Assembly: GCA_950097015.1 (NCBI GenBank)
Contig: CATNEN010000010.1
Location: 3,162,001 to 3,226,000 of the forward strand
Reading direction: 5' to 3'
Source of the DNA: Macrostomum hystrix
Taxonomy: Eukaryota > Animalia > Platyhelminthes
DNA length: 64,000 nt
Each line of letters begins with the position of its first letter. Position 1 is the first letter of the stretch. Below, one piece after another: positions 1 to 14,260 of this stretch. The position numbers and the translations under genes were made by a program. A model generated the notes under the pieces. It ran no database searches and was not told the origin of the DNA. It worked only from the letters and a program-made list of their open reading frames with translations.

Positions 1-1119
1 TTAAATAAAGTGTATAACATTATATATTAAATACATTAAAAATGCACAATATTATTCAACAAATCCTCATAATAGATTGCAAACATTTTATACTAAGCCC
101 ACATCCACGCAAGGACTAGCAAGCTCAGTATATAGGGCTGTATCCTCTATTGCCTTGTCACCACAGTGAATGCTGGCAATGACTGCACATTCATAAAATG
201 AATTATAATTAAACTATTATTATAAAAATATTATTATAATACTAAATACACAAAAAACTATAATTATATTATCAAAAAAATTGTTGTATTATCTTACAAA
301 AGATAAAAAGATAATTATATTATCTGAATTTTTAGGAATATTAGTTTCATTATTATCATCATTATTAGTTAATAACTTTTTTCTTCATTCGAAGGATTTT
401 CTAAGAAACTAAGTCACAAATAAGTCCTACAATATTGTCACAACATTAAATTTTTATATTTTAGCATTTAAATTAAATGCTAAAATATTTAGGTTAACCA
501 CAAAAACACAAAAATGTGTTCCTGTGCACACTCTGCCACTATTCTGACTATGGCATTTTCTTTTTTGAAGGCATCTAGGTAGACTTGGTACAATCTGATT
601 GACTTTGACAATTAACTAATTTAATTTTAGGTATTCATTTTTATTAATTTCTTTTTGAGTTATGATGACATATTAGTTGTGGCCCAAAGAATGGACTCAA
701 GTGTGTTTAAGCATTTTAGTCAATACATTTTTATAATGTCTTATGGTTTGATAGGAGCCCTCTTTATAATTTTATTATTCTTAGTAAAGCATTAGACAGA
801 CAATTTTTTCTGTGTAATAAAAATAAAATTTCATTTTAACTACTTTATTTAACTACTAAAGATTTTAGGCATTTGCTTCCCTACTTTCAGAAAATTTTCC
901 TAAAGCGAAAAAACTTTAAGCCAAAACTGATAGCTTGCTTTACTTTTAGAAATTCTGAATTAAAGGCTCCAAAAGAAGTTCAAAATGCTAATTTTCAGAG
1001 TTTAAACAAATTGGGCATAAGTATGGTTTTGTTCGCGCGAAAAACAATAACTGGCGTAACAAGGATAACATGTAACATGGAGAAATGTCAGAATAATGTC
1101 CTTTGGGTAGAAGCTACCT

Positions 1120-1441
1120 AAAGCTAGCTACCTTCAAAAATGGAGCCCTTTCACACTGAAGATTGGCCATGGCAGGTGTTACAACTCTAGGCCCAACCAT
1201 CTATAAACCATTCTACTTGCCGGCGCTGAAGCTTCATAGCTTGTCCGCAGCATTGGCAACTATTCGCAATTAGGTGGTACTTTGCAAGGAAGTGCATCGT
1301 GGCCCTTGCACCTTCATCGCCAGCCACTGTGACAGCATGTATGGATCGTAGGTCACATGGGGGGTGCTCCAGCATGGCCGGGTTCTCCACCTCGTTGGCA
1401 GGGATGAGGACAATCGGTGCTGATGGGCATCTGCCAGCCAT
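1120..1441 (-). pseudogene. Decayed Merlin/ISXO2 (IS1595-like) transposase, N-terminal fragment
   Basis: The ORF reads FLAKYHLIANSCQCCGQAMKL...DGWA*SCNTC...SV*KGSIFEGS*L. This matches the Merlin N-terminal pattern (L..n...C..C...M.l....DG..W.C..C....SiR.gsiFe.S.l) with stops at conserved W/R positions. Confidence 0.5.
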
Positions 1442-3198
1442 ATCAAAGTATCTGATTTGAATTAAAAAAATGTGCTCCTCACCAGCTAAACTGCCATGTC
1501 AGCACCACCGACCATGGGGTATATTTTGGCCATAGACGATTTTTTTGGCCGAATTTGAGTTTAACAAACAAAACCATACTTATGCCACAAATTAGAGTAT
1601 AAAAGTACATTTGCAATGCTATAAATAAGGTTAGGACAAGCTACCTGTATAGAAAAAAGCTGACAATCTATGGTCTGCTTCTCTGATTTTTCTAAAGCAC
1701 AGCAGGAGCATAAAGCCATAAGCATATAGTGTTGGTATGTGTGCTTTTCCTTCTTAACTGCTGCTTGAAAAAACACTTGTGGGTAGCCAACAACAGACAT
1801 TGACGGGCCCCAAAGACAGGCACAGTTGAACACATTGTGTTGTGTTCTAGGTGCCATGGGCAAGCTAAAATTAGTTAGCATTGTTGAATTCTATTACTCT
1901 AGTCAGGATCATGTAGAATATGCCAAAAATGTTGGGTGTGCATCTGTTTTGCCTGCCAAATTATGTGTGCATGGTTAGTGACATTAGTGTGTACTTGCCT
2001 CACACTCAATTCTCATCATGCACACTTAGTGCTCGATGTGGGTATAACGCACACATAGAACTAATAGTAACAAGCCTGTAATGTAATGTAACAAGAACAG
2101 CAATGTAAGTTAAGCCTGTAAATAACAAAAACTGAATACCTAACAGAATCACGTGTGTAACAAAAAACATGCTTTACATTCTTTTTTAACTATAATAGTT
2201 TAGCTATACTTTTAATAAAACACAAAAGTTTATCCGGAACTTTTCTTTATGTAGGCAATCCCCAGTTAGAAATAGGTAATAAACATTAAATGCCGATACA
2301 CGACGCGAATTAGTGTAATCGGCAAGTAAGATCAATACTAAAAAAATTGTTCGACGAATGAAAATCATTTTAAAATTTAAAGCAAAAGCAAGTAGTCCAT
2401 TGTTTTTAATGTTTGTAGCAGACTTATTAACTAATTAATTATATGTTTGCATCGTTTATATGTGACTGATTATCTGATCGGCATAGCGCGTCATTTTATT
2501 TGTTTTAGTATTACTGTCCTAATTGGCCCACATGACGTATATTTTCCGGTCTTTTTAGAAAACTATCGGTCAATCAATGCTCTATTAGCGGAACTCGTAG
2601 AAAAAGTAGTGATTGCTATTCAAGAAAATGTGAATTTTTTTAATTTAGTACTTTTTGCTAATTATAATTTATTGAACCTCAGACTGAACAATTCGCACCA
2701 ATTCGCACTTTCTGAGAAATTGTAAGAACAGGGATTAGCTAGTGCTATATTTTTTAAGTATCCGTTTTTATTGAAGTGCATGCTTTCGTAATACTAAGAA
2801 TGAGTTTTTTAAATTAGAATTTGATACAAAAAATTAAAAAAAAATCTAAATCAAAAAGCTTTCAATTGATAATCGCATCATACAGCTTGAGTTATTGACA
2901 GCTACGGCTATTATTAAAATGTGCCGTAAACTGTAGAGTGTAGAGACACAGTCGTCTATAATAGCCATTTTATCGGGCCAGCTCACAATATTGGATTCGA
3001 TTGGCAGAAAGAATTGGACCAATAAAGCGCGTGTCGGATAGGCAGAAATACAGTTGCAGAGGGGAGTCCTATACAGAGATGTAACTCAAGAACCAGACAT
3101 TTCGTATCCTCTTTTTAATTAAGGGCCGATTACTAATACGGTAGCAAATCCATGACATAAACAGCAGCTCTCCCGAAGTGCCAGCCTGTATAGTCACA

Positions 3199-6100
3199 AT
3201 GCACCAGCTGACAGCTGTTTTCCAGCGTTCCACTGTACACGGCCTCGCCCACGCGTCCAACTCGCACAGCCGCTTGGGCCAGGCCTTCTGGGCCACCCTG
3301 TGCCTCACAGGCCTCGTTGCCTTCATTTACAACGTTTCCTTCACGCTGGACCACTTCCGCTCCTTGCCGCTATTAACCTCTTACTTTCCTAACGCCGTGC
3401 TGATGGACTGGCCAGATCTGACCTTCTGCAACAACGTGCCGGTGAGCCTGTCAGGGCGCGATGCCAACGCCAAGTGGCAGGAGGCCCTGGCCAACGCTTC
3501 GCTGTTCCAGCGCTCCGAGGACATGCTGCAGTTTTTTCGCCTGTTTCGCGATCGCGCCCGCATGGAGACTCAGGCCGACTTGGAGGACTTCATCCTGGTG
3601 AACCTCACCCTGGCTCTGTCCACCGTGCAGATCGTCACCCTGGAGGGCATACAGAAGAGCTTGGCTGCCGTGGGCTACAACACTGGACAGCGCGCCATCT
3701 CGCTAAATGTTCAGGTTGACTCCAGCGTGGAGCAGCTGGACTCTCTGCCCGCCAAGTTTCTGACGGCCACCACAAACTTCCACCGCTACCGCACGCCCTG
3801 CCTCACCCTGCACACTAGCCGCATGTTCCAGAACCAGTCAAACCATCACCACCTCCAGGGCCTGTTTTTCGTCATCCTGAACGACTTTCACTCGTACATG
3901 CTATTCAACTCGGCCTACTCGCACCAGGGCACGCGCCTGTTCGTCCACTATCCCGGCACGCTGCCAACAGACGAGGGCATCATGATTGTTCCTGGCCATT
4001 CACAGCGGGTCAACTTCAAAGCAGTTGTGAGCCACCTGCTGCGCCAGAAGCGCAACTGTCGAGAGCGGGAGGAATTCGTTGAATTGTACGACACATCGCT
4101 TCAGGAGGCCAGGCCGGTGAAGCTGGACTACGACCTGTGCAAGATTTTGGTGTCCGCAAGGCAATACTTCACCAACTGCAGCTGCCACAGCCCGTTCCTG
4201 CCGGCATTCAAGTTCGACAACTCCACGCCAAGGCTCTGCTTCAACATGAGCGCCTTCAGCCGCGACCAGCTGCTAGCAAACGCCAGGTGCCTGGCCGCAG
4301 TGTACTGGCACTTCTCCAACGAGGAGCTCTTCCAAGCCCTGCTGGCTGCCCAGTGCGGCCATGTGAAGGAGGGCCTGTGCGTCCACACGGAGTACATCAT
4401 TGAGGGCTCGGACTACATGTGGCCCGAACTTTGGTCCGAGATGATGAACCCGGCCAGGCTGGACCTGATGCGGGTGAGCTCAGATAAACCGCTATTTCGT
4501 TTAGTTTCAGTTGTGTCACGTGACTTGAAAAGCCATCTTTCAAAAGTGCATCTCTTACGAGTTGTCACAAAAGAATACTGCGGTACTTGAATGTAGGGAG
4601 AAGTTATGCAAATGAATTAATTGTACGCAAAATATCGAAATTTCTCCCACTTCAACTTGAACTCGTTCGTATGCGATGCCATTCGCCATGTGGGACTTGA
4701 TTTCAGTGGTGACTGGCCGAAACACTTGAACGGATGGAATTGGATATTGATGCCAATGAGATTGGGTCTGACTCTCACCTGCCTTCAGCTTAATGTATAT
4801 TAGTATGATGGAATTTTTCAGCTGGAACTGCAAGGCAGATGAGACGTGGGAAAATATGAGAAAGGATAAAAAGCGCTTCCTTCTCACTGCAGGGCGTAGG
4901 CGGAGGAGGCGGAGGAGGTGGGGCAGGGCAGACAGGCAGGGCAGGCAGGGCAGGCAGGCAGGGCAGGCAGGCAGGGCAGGCAGGCAGGGCAGGCAGGGCA
5001 GGCAGGGCAGGCAGGCAGGGCAGGGCAGGGCAGGCAGGCAGGGCAGGCAAGGCAGGCAGGGCAGACAGGGCAGGCAAGGCAGACAGGGCAGACAGGGCAG
5101 GCAAGGCAGACAGGGCAGACAGGGCAGGCAAGGCAGACAGGGCAGGCAGGGCAGGGCAGGCAGGCAGGGCAGGCAAGGCAGGCAGGGCAGACAGGGCAGG
5201 CAAGGCAGGCAGGGCAGACAGGGCAGACAGGGCAGGCAGGGCAGGCAGGGCAGGCAGGGCAGGCAGGCAGGGCAGGCAGGCAGGGCAGGCAGGGCAGGCA
5301 GGCAGGGCAGGCAGGCAGGGCAGGCAGGGCAGGCAGGCAGGGCAGGCAGGCAGGCAGGGCAGGGCAGGGCAGGCAGGCAGGGCAGGCAAGGCAGGCAGGG
5401 CAGACAGGGCAGGCAAGGCAGACAGGGCAGACAGGGCAGGCAAGGCAGACAGGGCAGACAGGGCAGGCAAGGCAGACAGGGCAGACAGGGCAGGCAAGGC
5501 AGACAGGGCAGGCAGGGCAGGGCAGGCAGGCAGGGCAGGCAAGGCAGGCAGGGCAGACAGGGCAGGCAAGGCAGGCAGGGCAGACAGGGCAGACAGGGCA
5601 GGCAGGGCAGGCAGGGCAGGCAGGGCAGGCAGGCAGGGCAGGCAGGCAGGGCAGGCAGGGCAGGCAGGCAGGGCAGGCAGGCAGGGCAGGCAGGGCAGGC
5701 AGGCAGGGCAGGCAGGCAGGGCAGGCAGGGCAGGCAGGGCAGGCAGGCAGGGCAGGCAGGCAGGGCAGGCAGGGCAGGCAGGCAGGGCAGGGCAGGGCAG
5801 GCAGGGCAGGGCAGGGCAGGCAGGCAGGGCAGGCAGACAGGGCAGGCAGGGCAGGCAGACAGGGCAGACAGGGCAGGGCAGGCAGACAGGGCAGGCAGGG
5901 CAGGCAGGCAGGGCAGGGCAGGGCAGGCAGGGCAGGGCAGGGCAGGCAGGGCAGGCAGGGCAGACAGGGCAGGCAGGCAGGGCAGACAGGGCAGGCAGGG
6001 CAGAGGCTGTAAGCTATTATTCACAAGCCATACAAGGCTTCGGAAACCCAAAATAGCGGCATTAAAAAGCATCGCTCAGCTCCAAGTCGCCGGTGGCAGC

Positions 6101-7742
6101 CGTGCTACGAGGATCAGAGAATGCTATCTGCGCCGAGAGTAGCCGGGAATCTCTAAGATTAGAGCAGCAGCGCGGCCAGCTCACATAGAAATCAATTAAG
6201 CTTTGCTGTCTCCACTGCCCCTAGTGGATGGGGGGAATTTTGGCCAGGGGACTTAAGAAGTCTGCGCGAATCAATACTGGCCAGCTCAGGCGGCTGACTG
6301 CGTGATCGATGCCGTCTCAGCGCTGCGGATTTGCACTTTCAAAAATTCATGTCGTCGGGCTCGTCGACGACGAGCCCGGATTTCTGGCGTCGCTGACTAA
6401 AGACAAAGAATGTCGCAAAATCTAAGCTTTCATTGTGCATTGATTTATTGATAAGTTCACACCGTGCTTTTCCTAAGCTTAATTTATCTACCATAATTGA
6501 CAATCAAGTGAGAATTTTCCGTGTAGGGCGTACAAGCATTAATGATTTTGTTAAAGATTTCGGATTAAAATAATAATTATGACTTGGTACCTGATACCCA
6601 TGGAATATTATATAGGACTCGATTCTGACTTCGGTGAAAGAAAGCTTGCAACAAGGACAGGTCTGAGTAGCATGATTGACTGGTCCTGAGTATGATTGAC
6701 TGGTACTGAGTAGCATGATTGACTGGTACTGAGTAGCATGATTGACTGGTACTGAGTAGCATGATTGACTGGTACTGAGTAGCATGATTGACTGGTACTG
6801 AGTAGCATGATTGACTGGTACTGAGTAGCATGATTGACTGGTACTGAGTAGCATGATTGACTGGTACTGAGTAGCATGATTGACTGGTACTGAGTAGCAT
6901 GATTGACTGGTACTGAGTAGCATGATTGACTGGTACTGAGTAGCATGATTGACTGGTACTGAGTAGCATGATTGACTGGTACTGAGTAGCATGATTGACT
7001 GGTACTGAGTAGCATGATTGACTAGCAGGAGTGACGGGTCCTGAGGAGTGACGGGTCCTGAGGAGTGCCGGGTCCTGAGGAGTGACGGGTCCTGAGGAGT
7101 GACGGGTCCTGATTCAAGTCGAAAAGAAAGCGAAGAGAGGGAGAGTGTGCACCACCCACCCCCATTGCCTGACCCTCGCAGAAGGCCGCCTTCCAGGTGC
7201 TGAGCCGCATGCATCCGGAGCGGAACGAGTCGGAGCTGGCAGACCAGGCACAGGCGATGTCCGTGCAGGCGGTGAGCCACCTGCTGCGCACAGACTGCTC
7301 AGACCTGCAGCTGCGGGCCCGCAGCATCTACTCGGACATGGTGGTCGAGACGGCCGAGTTCCCGTTCTCGCAGCTCATGTCTGATATTGGCGGCCAGCTG
7401 GGACTGTACCTCGGCGTCAGCTTCGTCGGCCTCTTCGAAGTGCTGGAAGTGGCCCTTGCCTTGGTGACTGGCGTCTTCCAGGTGCTGCGGCTTCGACTTC
7501 TCGGCCGTCGGAGAATGCGAGCGCGAAGTCGGGCTGCCAGGCGACGTCGACATGGCAACGGCACGGCTTCGGCTGGGCCGTCTTCGACGGCAGCGTCGTC
7601 CTCTTCGACTCGGGGTACGGCGACTGCTGCGGCGCCGCTGTTGCCTACGCCATTCACTGCACTGCCTCCGCCGTCACCACCGCCGCCGCCTCTGCTGGGC
7701 GACTCTCTGGACTCGGTGGTTGTCATGGCAACGCAGTTTTAA
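3199..7742 (+). CDS. DEG/ENaC (amiloride-sensitive sodium channel family) subunit; exons 3199-4473 and ~7182(or 7197)-7742
   Basis: N-terminal STVHGLAH (HG motif) plus TM1, P.LTFCN motif, Cys-rich thumb (CNCSC..P, C...C), and FSQLMSDIGGQLGLYLGVSFVGLFEV (TM2/selectivity filter). Phase-0 donor CGG|GTGAGC at 4474; in-frame acceptors CGCAG| at 7181 or TTCCAG| at 7196. Confidence 0.92.
4923..6003. repeat. Intronic (GGCA/GGGCA/GACA) compound microsatellite
   Basis: About 1.1 kb of GGCA-based units inside the DEG/ENaC intron; it explains the spurious GRQ/LPC ORFs. Confidence 0.97.
6664..7022. repeat. 23-bp tandem repeat (ACTGGTACTGAGTAGCATGATTG)n
   Basis: About 15 near-identical units seen directly. 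Confidence 0.97.
7026..7111. repeat. 17-bp tandem repeat (GTGACGGGTCCTGAGGA)n
   Basis: About 5 units seen directly. Confidence 0.9.
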
Positions 7743-7814
7743 TTCAATATATTAAAATAACTGACTGCTTTTATACGAAAATTTTCGGTATTTTCATACT
7801 GCCATTGCACTGAG

Positions 7815-10800
7815 TGACGGACACCTCACTGAGTGTGGGTGAAGGGCAGCGGGCACCTCACTGAGTGTGGGTGAAGGGCAGCGGGCACCTCACTGAGTGT
7901 GGGTGAAGGGCAGCGGGCACCTCACTGAGTCTGGGTGAAGGGCAGCGGGCACCTCACTGAGTGTGGGTGAAGGGCAGCGGGCACCTCACTGAGTGTGGGT
8001 GAAGGGCAGCGGGCACCTCACTGAGTGTGGGTGAAGGGCAGCGGGCACCTCACTGAGTGTAGGTGAAGGGCAGCGGGCACCTCACTGAGTGTGGGTGAAG
8101 GGCAGCGGGCACCTCACTGAGTGTAGGTGAAGGGCAGTGGGCACCTCACTGAGTGTGGATGAAGGGCAGCGGGCACCTCACTGAGTGTAGGTGAAGGGCA
8201 GCGGGCACCTCACTGAGTGTAGGTGAAGGGCAGCGGGCACCTCACTGAGTGTAGGTGAAGGGCAGCGGGCACCTCACTGAGTGTGGGTGAAGGGCAGCGG
8301 GCACCTCACTGAGTGTGGGTGAAGGGCAGCGGGCACCTCACTGAGTGTGGGTGAAGGGCAGCGGGCACCTCACTGAGTGTGGGTGAAGGGCAGCGGGCAC
8401 CTCACTGAGTGTGGGTGAAGGGCAGCGGGCACCTCACTGAGTGTGGGTGAAGGGCAGCGGGCACCTCACTGAGTGTGGGTGAAGGGCAGCGGGCACCTCA
8501 CTGAGTGTGGGTGAAGGGCAGTGGGCACCTCACTGAGTGTAGGTGAAGGGCAGCGGGCACCTCACTGAGTGTGGGTGAAGGGCAGCGGGCACCTCACTGA
8601 GTGTAGGTGAAGGGCAGCGGGCACCTCACTGAGTGTGGGTGAAGGGCAGCGGGCACCTCACTGAGTGTGGGTGAAGGGCAGCGGGCACCTCACTGAGTGT
8701 AGGTGAAGGGCAGCGGGCACCTCACTGAGTGTAGGTGAAGGGCAGCGGGCACCTCACTGAGTGTGGGTGAAGGGCAGCGGGCACCTCACTGAGTGTGGGT
8801 GAAGGGCAGTGGGCACCTCACTGAGTGTAGGTGAAGGGCAGCGGGCACCTCACTGAGTGTAGGTGAAGGGCAGCGGGCACCTCACTGAGTGTAGGTGAAG
8901 GGCAGCGGGCACCTCACTGAGTGTGGGTGAAGGGCAGCGGGCACCTCACTGAGTGTGGGTGAAGGGCAGCGGGCACCTCACTGAGTGTGGGTGAAGGGCA
9001 GTGGGCACCTCACTGAGTGTAGGTGAAGGGCAGCGGGCACCTCACTGAGTGTAGGTGAAGGGCAGCGGGCACCTCACTGAGTGTGGGTGAAGGGCAGCGG
9101 GCACCTCACTGAGTGTAGGTGAAGGGCAGCGGGCACCTCACTGAGTGTGGGTGAAGGGCAGCGGGCACCTCACTGTGTATGGAGTGGGTGAAGGGCAGCG
9201 GGCACCTCACTGTGTATGGAGTGGGTGAAGGGCAGCGGGCACCTCACTGAGTGTGGGTGAAGGGCAGCGGGCACCTCACTGTGTATGGAGTGGGTGAAGG
9301 GCAGCGGGCACCTCACTGTGTATGGAGTGGGTGAAGGGCAGCGGGCACCTCACTGAGTGTGGGTGAAGGGCAGCGGGCACCTCACTGTGTATGGAGTGGG
9401 TGAAGGGCAGCGGGCACCTCACTGAGTGTGGGTGAAGGGCAGCGGGCACCTCACTGTGTATGGAGTGGGTGAAGGGCAGCGGGCACCTCACTGAGTGTAG
9501 GTGAAGGGCAGCGGGCACCTCACTGTGTATGGAGTGGGTGAAGGGCAGCGGGCACCTCACTGTGTATGGAGTGGGTGAAGGGCAGCGGGCACCTCACTGA
9601 GTGTGGGTGAAGGGCAGCGGGCACCTCACTGAGTGTGGGTGAAGGGCAGTGGGCACCTCACTGAGTGTGGGTGAAGGGCAGTGGGCACCTCACTGAGTGT
9701 GGGTGAAGGGCAGCGGGCACCTCACTGAGTGTGGGTGAAGGGCAGCGGGCACCTCACTGAGTGTGGGTGAAGGGCAGCGGGCACCTCACTGAGTGTGGGT
9801 GAAGGGCAGTGGGCACCTCACTGAGTGTGGGTGAAGGGCAGCGGGCACCTCACTGAGTGTGGGTGAAGGGCAGTGGGCACCTCACTGAGTGTAGGTGAAG
9901 GGCAGCGGGCACCTCACTGAGTGTGGGTGAAGGGCAGCGGGCACCTCACTGAGTGTAGGTGAAGGGCAGCGGGCACCTCACTGAGTGTGGGTGAAGGGCA
10001 GCGGGCACCTCACTGAGTGTGGGTGAAGGGCAGCGGGCACCTCACTGAGTGTAGGTGAAGGGCAGCGGGCACCTCACTGAGTGTAGGTGAAGGGCAGCGG
10101 GCACCTCACTGAGTGTGGGTGAAGGGCAGCGGGCACCTCACTGAGTGTGGGTGAAGGGCAGTGGGCACCTCACTGAGTGTAGGTGAAGGGCAGCGGGCAC
10201 CTCACTGAGTGTAGGTGAAGGGCAGCGGGCACCTCACTGAGTGTAGGTGAAGGGCAGCGGGCACCTCACTGAGTGTGGGTGAAGGGCAGCGGGCACCTCA
10301 CTGAGTGTGGGTGAAGGGCAGCGGGCACCTCACTGAGTGTGGGTGAAGGGCAGTGGGCACCTCACTGAGTGTAGGTGAAGGGCAGCGGGCACCTCACTGA
10401 GTGTAGGTGAAGGGCAGCGGGCACCTCACTGAGTGTGGGTGAAGGGCAGCGGGCACCTCACTGAGTGTAGGTGAAGGGCAGCGGGCACCTCACTGAGTGT
10501 GGGTGAAGGGCAGCGGGCACCTCACTGTGTATGGAGTGGGTGAAGGGCAGCGGGCACCTCACTGTGTATGGAGTGGGTGAAGGGCAGCGGGCACCTCACT
10601 GAGTGTGGGTGAAGGGCAGCGGGCACCTCACTGTGTATGGAGTGGGTGAAGGGCAGCGGGCACCTCACTGTGTATGGAGTGGGTGAAGGGCAGCGGGCAC
10701 CTCACTGAGTGTGGGTGAAGGGCAGCGGGCACCTCACTGTGTATGGAGTGGGTGAAGGGCAGCGGGCACCTCACTGAGTGTGGGTGAAGGGCAGCGGGCA

Positions 10801-13284
10801 CCTCACTGTGTATGGAGTGGGTGAAGGGCAGCGGGCACCTCACTGAGTGTAGGTGAAGGGCAGCGGGCACCTCACTGTGTATGGAGTGGGTGAAGGGCAG
10901 CGGGCACCTCACTGTGTATGGAGTGGGTGAAGGGCAGCGGGCACCTCACTGAGTGTGGGTGAAGGGCAGCGGGCACCTCACTGAGTGTGGGTGAAGGGCA
11001 GTGGGCACCTCACTGAGTGTGGGTGAAGGGCAGTGGGCACCTCACTGAGTGTGGGTGAAGGGCAGCGGGCACCTCACTGAGTGTGGGTGAAGGGCAGCGG
11101 GCACCTCACTGAGTGTGGGTGAAGGGCAGCGGGCACCTCACTGAGTGTGGGTGAAGGGCAGTGGGCACCTCACTGAGTGTGGGTGAAGGGCAGCGGGCAC
11201 CTCACTGAGTGTGGGTGAAGGGCAGTGGGCACCTCACTGAGTGTGGGTGAAGGGCAGTGGGCACCTCACTGAGTGTAGGTGAAGGGCAGCGGGCACCTCA
11301 CTGAGTGTGGGTGAAGGGCAGCGGGCACCTCACTGAGTGTGGGTGAAGGGCAGCGGGCACCTCACTGTGTATGGAGTGGGTGAAGGGCAGCGGGCACCTC
11401 ACTGTGTATGGAGTGGGTGAAGGGCAGCGGGCACCTCACTGTGTATGGAGTGGGTGAAGGGCAGCGGGCACCTCACTGAGTGTAGGTGAAGGGCAGCGGG
11501 CACCTCACTGAGTGTGGGTGAAGGGCAGCGGGCACCTCACTGAGTGTGGGTGAAGGGCAGCGGGCACCTCACTGAGTGTAGGTGAAGGGCAGCGGGCACC
11601 TCACTGAGTGTAGGTGAAGGGCAGCGGGCACCTCACTGAGTGTGGGTGAAGGGCAGCGGGCACCTCACTGAGTGTGGGTGAAGGGCAGTGGGCACCTCAC
11701 TGAGTGTAGGTGAAGGGCAGCGGGCACCTCACTGAGTGTAGGTGAAGGGCAGCGGGCACCTCACTGAGTGTAGGTGAAGGGCAGCGGGCACCTCACTGAG
11801 TGTGGGTGAAGGGCAGCGGGCACCTCACTGAGTGTGGGTGAAGGGCAGCGGGCACCTCACTGAGTGTGGGTGAAGGGCAGTGGGCACCTCACTGAGTGTA
11901 GGTGAAGGGCAGCGGGCACCTCACTGAGTGTAGGTGAAGGGCAGCGGGCACCTCACTGAGTGTGGGTGAAGGGCAGCGGGCACCTCACTGAGTGTAGGTG
12001 AAGGGCAGCGGGCACCTCACTGAGTGTGGGTGAAGGGCAGCGGGCACCTCACTGTGTATGGAGTGGGTGAAGGGCAGCGGGCACCTCACTGTGTATGGAG
12101 TGGGTGAAGGGCAGCGGGCACCTCACTGAGTGTGGGTGAAGGGCAGCGGGCACCTCACTGTGTATGGAGTGGGTGAAGGGCAGCGGGCACCTCACTGTGT
12201 ATGGAGTGGGTGAAGGGCAGCGGGCACCTCACTGAGTGTGGGTGAAGGGCAGCGGGCACCTCACTGTGTATGGAGTGGGTGAAGGGCAGCGGGCACCTCA
12301 CTGAGTGTGGGTGAAGGGCAGCGGGCACCTCACTGTGTATGGAGTGGGTGAAGGGCAGCGGGCACCTCACTGAGTGTAGGTGAAGGGCAGCGGGCACCTC
12401 ACTGTGTATGGAGTGGGTGAAGGGCAGCGGGCACCTCACTGTGTATGGAGTGGGTGAAGGGCAGCGGGCACCTCACTGAGTGTGGGTGAAGGGCAGCGGG
12501 CACCTCACTGAGTGTGGGTGAAGGGCAGTGGGCACCTCACTGAGTGTGGGTGAAGGGCAGTGGGCACCTCACTGAGTGTGGGTGAAGGGCAGCGGGCACC
12601 TCACTGAGTGTGGGTGAAGGGCAGCGGGCACCTCACTGAGTGTGGGTGAAGGGCAGCGGGCACCTCACTGAGTGTGGGTGAAGGGCAGTGGGCACCTCAC
12701 TGAGTGTGGGTGAAGGGCAGCGGGCACCTCACTGAGTGTGGGTGAAGGGCAGTGGGCACCTCACTGAGTGTGGGTGAAGGGCAGTGGGCACCTCACTGAG
12801 TGTAGGTGAAGGGCAGCGGGCACCTCACTGAGTGTGGGTGAAGGGCAGCGGGCACCTCACTGAGTGTGGGTGAAGGGCAGCGGGCACCTCACTGAGTGTG
12901 GGTGAAGGGCAGCGGGCACCTCACTGTGTATGGAGTGGGTGAAGGGCAGCGGGCACCTCACTGTGTATGGAGTGGGTGAAGGGCAGCGGGCACCTCACTG
13001 TGTATGGAGTGGGTGAAGGGCAGCGGGCACCTCACTGTGTATGGGTGAAGGGCAGCGGGCACCTCACTGAGTGTGGGTGAAGGGCAGCGGGCACCTCACT
13101 GAGTGTGGGTGAAGGGCAGTGGGCACCTCACTGAGTGTGGGTGAAGGGCAGCGGGCACCTCACTGAGTGTGGGTGAAGGGCAGCGGGCACCTCACTGAGT
13201 GTGGGTGAAGGGCAGCGGGCACCTCACTGTGTATGGAGTGGGTGAAGGGCAGCGGGCACCTCACTGTGTATGGAGTGGGTGAAG
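7815..13284. repeat. 5.5-kb minisatellite of 32-bp units (GCACCTCACTGAGTGTGGGTGAAGGGCAGCGG) with a 37-bp variant and higher-order blocks
   Basis: Period of 32 measured directly. The TGTATGGAG variant adds 5 bp. Identical variant-unit blocks recur near 9.28, 10.63 and 12.16 kb. Confidence 0.98.
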
Positions 13285-13529
13285 CAGCCACTTACTCCAT
13301 TAAAAACAGTCCATCTTAATTGCAGTCTTGCTTTTTGCACTGTAATCCTGATAATCATGCATTACGCCTGTATATTTTCTGTTAAAAGTTATTCTGTTCT
13401 GTTCTGCAACAAGTGCTTCGTGTTTAAAATCAAAGTAAAAGAAAACGAAGTTTTCCATCAATTTTAGACCAGGTCATGCCTCTTCACTCTGCTTTGCAGC
13501 TACAAAATATAACTGAGCAGGCAGACATA

Positions 13530-14260
13530 TCTGTGAGACAGTAGATGGTCAGGTCAGTGAGACAGTAGATGGACAGGTGAGTGAGAAAGCAGATGGACAG
13601 GTGAGTGAGACAGCAGGTGGACAGGTGTGAGACAGCAGGTGGACAGGTGTGAGACAGCAGGTGGACAGGTGAGTGAGACAGTAGGAGGACAGGTGAGTGA
13701 GACAGCAGGTGGACAGGTGTGTGAGACAGTAGATGGACAGGTGAGTGAGACAGCAGGTGGACAGTTGTGTGAGACAGTAGATGGACAGGTGAGTGAGACA
13801 GTAGATGGACAGTTGTGTGAGACAGTAGGTGGACAGGTGTGTGAGACAGTAGGAGGACAGGTGAGTGAGACAGTAGGTGGACAGGTGTGTGAGACAGTAG
13901 GAGGACAGGTGAGTGAGACAGCAGGTGGACAGTTGTGTGAGACAGTAGGTGGACAGGTGTGTGAGACAGTAGGAGGACAGGTGAGTGAGACAGTAGGTGG
14001 ACAGGTGTGTGAGACAGTAGGAGGACAGGTGAGTGAGACAGTAGGTGGACAGGTGTGTGAGACAGTAGGAGGACAGGTGAGTGAGACAGTAGGTGGACAG
14101 GTGTGTGAGACAGTAGGAGGACAGGTGAGTGAGACAGCAGGTGGACAGTTGTGTGAGACAGTAGGTGGACAGGTGTGTGAGACAGTAGGAGGACAGGTGA
14201 GTGAGACAGCAGGTGGACAGGTGAGTTAGTGAGCAGTTGGACAGTGAGAGAGCTGATGAG
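13530..14260. repeat. ~24-bp minisatellite (GTGAGACAGTAGGTGGACAGGT[GT/GA]..)
   Basis: Repeated units seen directly; they give the spurious GGQVSETV/CLTHLSTY ORFs. Confidence 0.95.

Noticed and set aside
4555-6142. Long ORFs (505, 449, 364, 259 aa) of GRQ/LPC/PAL repeats
   Set aside because: They are translations of the GGCA microsatellite inside the DEG/ENaC intron and are open in several frames on both strands.
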